Shown in pieces: positions 9,559 through 17,377 of a stretch of DNA of 64,000 nucleotides. A program made the translations under genes and the position numbers. The first letter of the stretch is position 1. Each line of letters starts with the position of its first letter. The stretch is from a virus: positions 1 to 64,000 of the IMG/VR virus record IMGVR_UViG_3300023276_000007, one strand, 5' to 3'. A model generated the notes under the pieces. The model was not told the origin of the DNA. It saw only the letters and a list, made by a program, of their open reading frames with translations, and did no database searches.

Positions 9559-10206
9559 ATGCTAAAGACCTTAGGACGTATACACATACCAGATGAGCGC
9601 GATGCCTCATTTCCATTCGCATCAGCATTGATGTCCGCTGCCCCTACAAAGCAAAGTAAGTACTACCGAGCAACACCTATCCTTAATCAAGGGTATGAGC
9701 CACAATGCGTAGCCTTTGCTTGGAAACAACTTTTACAATCATCACCGTTCTGCCAAGGACGTCAGCTCAAGGAAGACTTTATCTATGAGCTATGTCAGGA
9801 AAGAGACAGATGGCCCGGTGAAGCATATGACGGCACCTCAGTAAGAGCAGGAGCTAAAGTCCTACAAAGACTCGGCTTCATTGATACTTACCTATGGGCA
9901 AACACTGTACAGGACGTTAAGACTTGGATACTATCCACATCCCCAGTAGTGCTGGGCACCCTATGGTACTCAGAGATGTCTACTCCTGATGATAAAGGAT
10001 TTGTTAAGGCAGCCGGCGGTATCGCTGGTGGTCATGCTTACCTTTGTGTCGGCTACTCCCATAAGAGGAAAGCTTTCCGCTGTGTTAACTCATGGGGAAC
10101 AGGATGGGGCGATAAAGGAAGATTCTGGTTAACAGAAGACGACCTTGCAAAGCTACTAAGCGAAAGTGGAGAGGCCTGCACTGCAAAAGAGGTTAGAATA
10201 CGATAA
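9559..10206 (+). CDS. papain-like cysteine protease (peptidase C1)
   Basis: NQG...QCVAFA (oxyanion Gln, catalytic Cys), GGHAYLCVGY (His), NSWGTGWGDKGRF (Asn). Confidence 0.9.
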   Translation: MLKTLGRIHIPDERDASFPFASALMSAAPTKQSKYYRATPILNQGYEPQCVAFAWKQLLQSSPFCQGRQLKEDFIYELCQERDRWPGEAYDGTSVRAGAKVLQRLGFIDTYLWANTVQDVKTWILSTSPVVLGTLWYSEMSTPDDKGFVKAAGGIAGGHAYLCVGYSHKRKAFRCVNSWGTGWGDKGRFWLTEDDLAKLLSESGEACTAKEVRIR

Positions 10207-10547
10207 TGACCACCTCTAGATCTACACCCCACCGCTTAAGTGATCAAGACTTGGAAATGTTAGCTGTCGTGGCAAACAAACGCGACTACCCTAAGTGGGG
10301 TTGGAACCCGATAAAGACGTCGGTAGACTTTGAGCACATACTTACTAATGCGTCGAAAGTTGGTTTTTATATAGATCTATCTTTTCGACCACAAGGCCGT
10401 ATTAGCGTAAAGGTTAAGTACCCTACAAACGAGTTCTTCTCTAATGCAGAGACGGCGGAGACATATAAAACGTATGTATGCAGGACGATACTAAACATAC
10501 TCAACGACTTACCTAACAAACAGTTAGAGGCTTTTTTAAATGAATAA
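10206..10547 (+). CDS. hypothetical protein
   Basis: 113 aa, TAATG-coupled to the protease gene. Confidence 0.6.
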   Translation: MTTSRSTPHRLSDQDLEMLAVVANKRDYPKWGWNPIKTSVDFEHILTNASKVGFYIDLSFRPQGRISVKVKYPTNEFFSNAETAETYKTYVCRTILNILNDLPNKQLEAFLNE

Positions 10548-11196
10548 TGAAATGATACAAGCCTCTTATGTTGCTGGCTTCCGTGATAGACTAGCTAGCG
10601 TGTTAGAAAAAGAGTCGGCCTATACTCCCTTCGACCATCTACTCAGACAGAAGCCATTACCAGAACCAGTAGCAGCGTTCCTAAGAAAGTACTTAGGGCA
10701 TATAGATGACGGCGGCGACACAGCTGCACTTTCTAAGATCCAACAAGAGTTCCTATCTGGTAAGCCATCTAAGGCTATACAGCCAGAGCTGCCAGGATTT
10801 GATGACCTACTTAATAAGCAGTCAGCCGAGAAGGTAGCAGGCCTAGCCTCTCTTCTAGCAAGGATGAAACAGCCATTGATACCTAGAGGCACAGTACCTA
10901 GGACAGGCGACAGGACAGTTTACAAGATACTTAACACGATAGACCCGCGACTAGGTAAGAAATATCAGCGCAAGGTAGAGTTCAGACCAAGCAAACCTTT
11001 CAGCGACTCTGATTCGATAACAGGTAAGTCAGTAGACCTCCCAGTAGTGGATCGTATGCTAGACGTAACAGAAGGTATGGATGACCTAGGCTATGGAAGT
11101 CTAAGACTACCAGCTAAGCCGTCACAAAATAGCGTTATTGATAAGTTAACGAACTATGCGCGGAAGCAAACTAAAAACATACAAGGGTACGTATGA
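10540..11196 (+). CDS. putative internal virion protein with GF-type leader
   Basis: ASYVAGFRDRLASVLEKESA leader; internal EKVA followed by amphipathic GLASLLARMK. Confidence 0.6.
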   Translation: MNNEMIQASYVAGFRDRLASVLEKESAYTPFDHLLRQKPLPEPVAAFLRKYLGHIDDGGDTAALSKIQQEFLSGKPSKAIQPELPGFDDLLNKQSAEKVAGLASLLARMKQPLIPRGTVPRTGDRTVYKILNTIDPRLGKKYQRKVEFRPSKPFSDSDSITGKSVDLPVVDRMLDVTEGMDDLGYGSLRLPAKPSQNSVIDKLTNYARKQTKNIQGYV

Positions 11197-13148
11197 AGAC
11201 GCCACAGTTACTAACTATTATTAAAGAAGCAGCCAAGGGTGACTCCTATGGTTGCGCTATGCTGTATTTCGAGGATGCAGACTCTAACTGCCTTAAGAAC
11301 TGGAACGCCGACATGAAGGCCATAGAGATCCCAGACGAGGATCTTCATGAGTACGGTAGAGAGGATGAACCTCACGTCACGGTACTATACGGATTACACA
11401 CAGGCTCTGCAGCTAAGGTTAAGAAGGCCCTTGCAGATAATGAGTGTACTGTAATGACGGTAAGAATGGGTGGACTGGATATCTTTGAGAACGACGACTT
11501 CGATGTTCTGATCCGTAAGGTAGAAAGGGTGGACCATCTAACCGAGGTGCGTAAGCATCTTATCGACAAGTTGGAAACAACAATCACTTTTAAAGACTAT
11601 AAGCCACACGCTACCGTTGCCTACCTTAAGAAGGGTAAGGGGAAGGAATACCTCAAGAAGTATAAAGACCTCGACTGGAAACTTAACGGTGAATTCGACT
11701 GTGACACAATAGATTTCTCTAATAAAGGAAAGACGCATACTAAGATAAACTTGACAGCTGTCAAGGCTGCCTCAATAGATGTAGATATCGAAGTAGGCGA
11801 TACAGTCCTTACCGGAAGATTTAAGAACAAGAAGACTGTAGTTAAAGAGATAGGCACTGACAGCAATGGCCAGCCGACGATTAACGGCATGAAGCTATTA
11901 GCTATGCGTATTGATAAGTTAATGCCTGCTAAGGCCGAGAAGAAAGCCGCCGATCTCCCAGGAAGATGTGACCGATGCGACGAACCTATAAAGGAAGCAG
12001 ATACAACTAAAGAGACCTTGTGCGCTCACTGCATAGGCCTTAAGAAGAAAGCCGGTGAAGGCTCTGCTCCTAACTATAAGCAAGCAACAGACCCAGCAAC
12101 TAAGTGTTCTAGCTGCTCACATGCTGAGGCCGGTTACTGCACTCTGTATGACTTCGCGTTCAATGCCAAATTTACCTGTGATAGCTTTGCTACTGATATG
12201 CAAGCCTTGACAGACGAGGGAGTTCCTCAAGTAGTTGAGAAGTACCTCCCCAAAACAGCACAGTACGTAAACCCGTACTTAAAAGATATAGAGATGGAAC
12301 ATTTAAAGAAGCCACTGCCAGATAGCCTTACTAAGCTAGTAGCTTGGCTTGTTAGCCGTAACGACGCTAACCGCAAGATAAACACTTACTATGGAGCCAT
12401 GGATAACATGAAACAAGCACAGGTATTACCTACCGGCCCTGCTACCAACAATACCCTACCAGGGTCTGCTACTGCACCTACTGGTGGGATAGTAGCGCCT
12501 ATGAATAACAGCGTACCTAGTATGAACGCTGGCGGAGCGGGTGTTGTGTCCCCGAACCTTAAGAACAGTTTCCAGAACATTGCTCAGACAGGAGTACGTA
12601 ACTCAGCAGCGGCAAAATCTAAAGGACAACTGCCTGACGCCCCTAAAGCTAAAGAACAGCTCTCTGAAGTTGCGGCAGACCTTAACCAATCTAATACAGA
12701 CACCCCGGAGTCAGAAGCTGGTACGCCCGCATCTTCCGGAGTGGCGGACAATGGTAGCCTTTCTTATGGCGTCAACCCACAGGCATCGGCATACGGCGTT
12801 AATGCAGCACCGACCACTGATACTAAGGCGGCCTCTTTTGCACACGGATTCGTAGCAAAGTGTCACGAGTATGGAGTAGACCCAGAAGAGTTACTCAATA
12901 AGTCTGCACAGTTAGAGTTTGGTAAGCCAGGTACTCCAGGGTACCAACACTCCTACCAACCACAAGGCGCATTTGAGATGGAGCCGGGTAAGTCAGTATG
13001 GTCACCGCAGCAAAGGAAAGATATACAGAGGGGGCAGTTTACTAGCGCAGCGCTAAAGAACGTCGCCCGATCTATGTTCAGTAATCAATACGGTAATATA
13101 CCAACCTCACAAACTCAGATGATTAACTTTACAGAAGGCAAGGCATAA
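11193..13148 (+). CDS. multidomain protein: 2H phosphoesterase (T4 gp57B/Acb1-like) plus small Cys-rich modules separated by K-x-A motifs
   Basis: Two HxT motifs (EPHVTVLYG, KPHATVAY); CxxC modules; internal GF leader copy near the C-terminus. Confidence 0.75.
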   Translation: MKTPQLLTIIKEAAKGDSYGCAMLYFEDADSNCLKNWNADMKAIEIPDEDLHEYGREDEPHVTVLYGLHTGSAAKVKKALADNECTVMTVRMGGLDIFENDDFDVLIRKVERVDHLTEVRKHLIDKLETTITFKDYKPHATVAYLKKGKGKEYLKKYKDLDWKLNGEFDCDTIDFSNKGKTHTKINLTAVKAASIDVDIEVGDTVLTGRFKNKKTVVKEIGTDSNGQPTINGMKLLAMRIDKLMPAKAEKKAADLPGRCDRCDEPIKEADTTKETLCAHCIGLKKKAGEGSAPNYKQATDPATKCSSCSHAEAGYCTLYDFAFNAKFTCDSFATDMQALTDEGVPQVVEKYLPKTAQYVNPYLKDIEMEHLKKPLPDSLTKLVAWLVSRNDANRKINTYYGAMDNMKQAQVLPTGPATNNTLPGSATAPTGGIVAPMNNSVPSMNAGGAGVVSPNLKNSFQNIAQTGVRNSAAAKSKGQLPDAPKAKEQLSEVAADLNQSNTDTPESEAGTPASSGVADNGSLSYGVNPQASAYGVNAAPTTDTKAASFAHGFVAKCHEYGVDPEELLNKSAQLEFGKPGTPGYQHSYQPQGAFEMEPGKSVWSPQQRKDIQRGQFTSAALKNVARSMFSNQYGNIPTSQTQMINFTEGKA

Positions 13149-13207
13149 GAAAAGGAACTGGAAAGTATAGCCTATCGCTATATATTAATACTTTTAGGAA
13201 GGTACTC

Positions 13208-14047
13208 ATGACACAAGAAGAACTTAGAACAGAATTGCTGAAGGTTGCAGGCGGTCCGGAACTTACTCCGGAAGGTGAACTGTACCTTGATGGCTTCTCT
13301 AAGAAAGCACACGAGCTTATGGAGAAGGAAGCCCTACCTTTATCTGCCTTGATGAACATCGGGTGGGCACTACCAGGAGCTATATATGCTGGATCTAATC
13401 TTGCAGGTGCCGCGGGATCAGCCTTAAAAGGTGAAGGTACTGATGCTATGAGACAGGCAGGACTTGCCGGACTTGGTGCGTTAGGTTCGCTACCCTTCCT
13501 TGGCGGAGCAGGAGCTGGTGTAGGTCAGATAGGCCTAGCCATGCAACGTTTGGCCAAAGGTAAGAAGTCTCCAGCGTTCAGAGCAATGATGCCTGGAAAG
13601 TCTACCGGCGTTCTTGGACACAGTAGCAAATTTAGAAAAGCCCTTCGTTACCCAGGTACAAAAGTACTCCAAGGACTTACTAAAGTATTAGGACCGGAAA
13701 GAGCTACCGCACTAGGTAAGACTCTTGCTGCTAAAGGCAAGTACGTATCAGAGATAAAGCCTTTAAGATTTATGGATAGAGGTATTTGGGGAAAGACTCC
13801 GCCACCTATAGGTATGGCGGGCATGTTTGGCTCCATGATACCAATGATGGGTACCGACGCAGCAATAAGAGCTGTAACTACTCCTAGCATAAACAAACTT
13901 GAATCACAACTAGCTCAGTCTAGAAATCAGGTACCTAGCGTGCCTAGGCCAGTCAGCAGAACTGACGGGCTATTCTCTAAAGTAAAAGAGTGGGATAACG
14001 CTAACAACCCAAGCAGACAGTATGCTAGACAGATGGGGCTAATATAA
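13208..14047 (+). CDS. putative internal virion membrane-associated protein
   Basis: LLKVA and YLDGFSKKAHELMEKEA leader, then Gly-rich hydrophobic helices. Confidence 0.65.
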   Translation: MTQEELRTELLKVAGGPELTPEGELYLDGFSKKAHELMEKEALPLSALMNIGWALPGAIYAGSNLAGAAGSALKGEGTDAMRQAGLAGLGALGSLPFLGGAGAGVGQIGLAMQRLAKGKKSPAFRAMMPGKSTGVLGHSSKFRKALRYPGTKVLQGLTKVLGPERATALGKTLAAKGKYVSEIKPLRFMDRGIWGKTPPPIGMAGMFGSMIPMMGTDAAIRAVTTPSINKLESQLAQSRNQVPSVPRPVSRTDGLFSKVKEWDNANNPSRQYARQMGLI

Positions 14048-14391
14048 TGAGTTGGGACTTCGCAACGAATAACAGCTTAGCAAATTTACACCACGGTATT
14101 ATGGTAGACAATGCACTGTCCCAAGCTGAGCGTCAGTATGCCTCTCAACATGTCCAAATGGATTTAGGTAACCCATCACTACAAACACCTCTTAGCGGAG
14201 TGCTTCCTAAGCTAGGCGGTGGGTTCCTTGGTTATCAGGTAGGTAAGTTTATGGATATGTCCATGCCGGGCAAAGTAGTATCTACTGCAGCAGGTTATGG
14301 TGTTGGTAAAATGGTTCACGATTTTTACCAAGGATACAATAAAGCCATGGGTCCAGACAACTCATGGAAAATGCAATCCTTTTCAGGATAG
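14047..14391 (+). CDS. hypothetical glycine-zipper protein
   Basis: LGGGFLGYQVG and AAGYGVG helices; TAATG coupling. Confidence 0.6.
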   Translation: MSWDFATNNSLANLHHGIMVDNALSQAERQYASQHVQMDLGNPSLQTPLSGVLPKLGGGFLGYQVGKFMDMSMPGKVVSTAAGYGVGKMVHDFYQGYNKAMGPDNSWKMQSFSG

Positions 14392-14400
14392 GAGTATAAA

Positions 14401-14754
14401 ATGAAACCAGTATATACACAAGTATTAAGTAGAGAGGAAAGATCACAGGCAATTAATGTCGGTATGATCACCAAGACAGCCTCTGTTGCTAAGAACGCAA
14501 GCATCTCAAGTATCCTAGGTAGCGTAGCAGACCTTGGAACTAAAGGTGTCGTTGTTGGTTCACTTGTCACAGGAATCCCGTTAGGTATTATGGCCCACAT
14601 AATGCATAACAAGGTTAAGCAAGTCCGACAGAAAGAAAAAGATATGGATGCACAGATTGACTATTACAATAATGCTTCCGGTAGTATCGAAAGAACACTA
14701 GCAGACGAGCTAGGGTCTAAATCAACTTTAAACAATCCATATAAGTACGTATAA
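14401..14754 (+). CDS. putative membrane protein with K-x-A propeptide
   Basis: TKTA/AKNA followed by a hydrophobic helix and a coiled coil. Confidence 0.6.
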   Translation: MKPVYTQVLSREERSQAINVGMITKTASVAKNASISSILGSVADLGTKGVVVGSLVTGIPLGIMAHIMHNKVKQVRQKEKDMDAQIDYYNNASGSIERTLADELGSKSTLNNPYKYV

Positions 14755-14756
14755 TT

Positions 14757-15182
14757 ATGAATGGTATGGTCGAAAATATGTTTAGCAACCCGTTTGCTGG
14801 AGAAGATAAAGGCAGTCAGCAGAACTTTGAAAGTATGCTTGACTTCGGGTCTAGTGTTCCTGGGCTACCCTCTATGCAGAAGGATGGAGAGCCTACTCCT
14901 AAGGAAATGGAAGAAGCTGCAGAAGCTGTTCGATACTCCAAAGTAGTAAAGGTACAAGACATTATGGTAGAGACCTTTGACATGAGCAACCCAGGGCATG
15001 TCAAAAGATATAGAGAAATCTATAAAGAGCTTTATGGTCTAGCTTCCGAGAGTAAGATACTTATAACAGTTAACGAGAGGCAGTTTATAAACTGCGTCAC
15101 AAACCCACGGTGGGTACTGCATTTAGAATGGATTGTATATGATATGCAGAAGAAAGATCACATGATGAGCTCAGGAGACTGA
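14757..15182 (+). CDS. hypothetical protein
   Basis: 141-aa ORF in the operon. Confidence 0.6.
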   Translation: MNGMVENMFSNPFAGEDKGSQQNFESMLDFGSSVPGLPSMQKDGEPTPKEMEEAAEAVRYSKVVKVQDIMVETFDMSNPGHVKRYREIYKELYGLASESKILITVNERQFINCVTNPRWVLHLEWIVYDMQKKDHMMSSGD

Positions 15183-15183
15183 T

Positions 15184-16593
15184 ATGAATAAGGAAGCAAA
15201 CGAAGATTTTATTGATAAAGATACCGTACTTAGATACGGCCTAGGCGGCCTAGCTGCTGGTGCTGGTAGTGCTGGGTTACTCAGCCTCGTTAACATGCTT
15301 AAGCGTATGAAAGATGAAAACGAACCCGAGACAGATGACAAAACGATTGTACTCACCTTACCTAACAAGCGGGCAAGCGACAGGTCTGAGGCTGGTGTTG
15401 ACCAGCCAGTACAGACGGCGCCTACTACTGGAAAGGCCCCAGAAGAAGAAGCCGGAGTAAAAGAAACTACTATGGTTACTTCTACTGCTAAAGCTAAGAA
15501 GCAGAGCTATCAGGTTAAACACCTTAAGAGTTCTAACGGACAAGTTAGAGATCCTAACGGTAAGTATGGGATTAAGATACAGAAGCAAGCAGCTTGGCCC
15601 ACTCTGACTGCCTCCCTCCTGGCCGCTGGCGCAGGTGGAGTGGCTGGCTACAAGCTTGTAGATAAGATATATGAAATGAGACAGATGAAGAAGAAAGAAG
15701 AGGAGCTTGGCAAAGCTAAGCAGGAATATCTTGACCTACTTGGTAAAGCAGCCTCCTCTGATTCCGAGAAACAAGCAGCAAGTGACTTTAACCTATGGGA
15801 CTACCCAGCAGGTCTAGGCGCACTAGCTTTAATCCTCGGTGGTGGTGGGACAGCGTACCTTACTAAGAAGGTACTGGATGAACAGACAAGACAACCGGAA
15901 GCTGATGAAGTAGGTAAGATCCAAAAGATTATCTTCCGTTCAGCTCCTGGCCAAGGTGTAAGAGCTGCAGAAGGAGAAGAAGACGAGGATGAAGGCTATG
16001 ATAAAGCAGCCTCTGCCGAAGCTACTGATGTATTCCAGTCAGCTCTTGGAGTTATGCTCGATGTCTGTGAAAGTAAACATAACATCCTAAAGACAGCATC
16101 TGTATCCGCAGAGCTCGATCGTTTGGATATGTCTGCATCTGACCTATACAAGATGGCTGGTGAAGATTATGAAAAACTACTAGCAACGTTACAGGGTAAC
16201 CCTGATCTACGTAAGCTAGTTACTAGAGCTTCAATGGATCAACACCCGCTTCTTAAATACTTTAAATGGTCTGCCGGACTTCCTGGTGTTAAGCAATACA
16301 CTGACAGCAAGATGTACGATAAGGTTGAAGAGATGTTTGGGCCTAAGGCCGAGAAGGTTGCTGGTATCCTAGACATGCTAGGAAGTATCTCTGCATCTGC
16401 CATTGGTAGTAACATTGCCGAGAAGGATGACATCGAAGCTCAGCAAGCAGAGGGCGATGAAGATGAAGAAGCTCAAAGTGGTTCCGGTATTGATGTAGGT
16501 GCCGCAGACCCAGAAGCTGCAGCCTTTGTTCTTGCTAACCAAGAGAAGATACAAAAGGTTATCGAAACACTTAAAGCCCAAGGGAAGATCTAA
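15184..16593 (+). CDS. putative internal virion protein, repeated K-x-A plus hydrophobic helix units
   Basis: About 9 K-x-A motifs; at least three Gly-rich TM-like helices each shortly after one. Confidence 0.7.
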   Translation: MNKEANEDFIDKDTVLRYGLGGLAAGAGSAGLLSLVNMLKRMKDENEPETDDKTIVLTLPNKRASDRSEAGVDQPVQTAPTTGKAPEEEAGVKETTMVTSTAKAKKQSYQVKHLKSSNGQVRDPNGKYGIKIQKQAAWPTLTASLLAAGAGGVAGYKLVDKIYEMRQMKKKEEELGKAKQEYLDLLGKAASSDSEKQAASDFNLWDYPAGLGALALILGGGGTAYLTKKVLDEQTRQPEADEVGKIQKIIFRSAPGQGVRAAEGEEDEDEGYDKAASAEATDVFQSALGVMLDVCESKHNILKTASVSAELDRLDMSASDLYKMAGEDYEKLLATLQGNPDLRKLVTRASMDQHPLLKYFKWSAGLPGVKQYTDSKMYDKVEEMFGPKAEKVAGILDMLGSISASAIGSNIAEKDDIEAQQAEGDEDEEAQSGSGIDVGAADPEAAAFVLANQEKIQKVIETLKAQGKI

Positions 16594-17099
16594 TGAGTAA
16601 TACTAGCATGACTCAAGAGCAGGAAGTAGCTCTAGCCTATGCTAAGGGATTCCTTGAGAAGTGTGCCCAAGCCGAAGTAGCCCCGGAAGCTGTTGACGAA
16701 GGTGGTCGACTTGGCGCCTATCTAGCAGGCTTGTTTCCTGGGGTCGGTGGTGCTGTTCATGGCGCTGCGACAGCAGACGAGGGTGACAGTAAGATTTGGG
16801 AAGGACTTAAGTCTATGCTCGGTGGTACTGCAGGTTTTGTTGGTGGCGGACTATTAGGTAGTAAGCTAGGAAAACTTCTAGGTAAAGGCTCTGCAAAGAT
16901 GGGAGTCGGTAGTCGAGACCTTATACCCAAGCAGTTGCAGCAGTGGCGCGAAGTTGGACCAGTACTTGAGTCTGGACGACGTAACGCTATAAAGATGAAC
17001 CCGTTCACTAAAGCTGAGCTTATGGGGATTCTTGGTGGAGCAGGAGCTGGTAGTGTTGTTGGGGCAGGTGAAACTCTTAACGCTATGAGAGGCGACTAA
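16593..17099 (+). CDS. glycine-zipper protein with GF leader
   Basis: AYAKGFLEKCAQAEV leader; multiple GxxxG helices. Confidence 0.65.
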   Translation: MSNTSMTQEQEVALAYAKGFLEKCAQAEVAPEAVDEGGRLGAYLAGLFPGVGGAVHGAATADEGDSKIWEGLKSMLGGTAGFVGGGLLGSKLGKLLGKGSAKMGVGSRDLIPKQLQQWREVGPVLESGRRNAIKMNPFTKAELMGILGGAGAGSVVGAGETLNAMRGD

Positions 17100-17341
17100 T
17101 GCATAACGAAGCATTTCAACAAGGCTTTCACGATAGATGTGCTGAGTACGGCATTGATGGCGAAGCACTCAAGCAAGCTGCGGAAGGTCCTTTTCTAAGT
17201 GATGCAGAGAACAAAGCAGATAAAAATCGTAAAAAAGGTAAACCAGCCGTTACCACTAGCGCTAAAGACACTGAAGAAACTCCAAAGTCTTTGGCTAAGA
17301 AGATCAAAGACGGCTACAGTGTTGGCACTGTAAACAAGTAA
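17099..17341 (+). CDS. small Lys-rich protein with GF leader
   Basis: AFQQGFHDRCAEYGIDGEALKQA followed by a basic tail. Confidence 0.65.
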   Translation: MHNEAFQQGFHDRCAEYGIDGEALKQAAEGPFLSDAENKADKNRKKGKPAVTTSAKDTEETPKSLAKKIKDGYSVGTVNK

Positions 17342-17377
17342 AGCTTTAAAGAAGCCGGTAAACACTAAGAGGAAACT

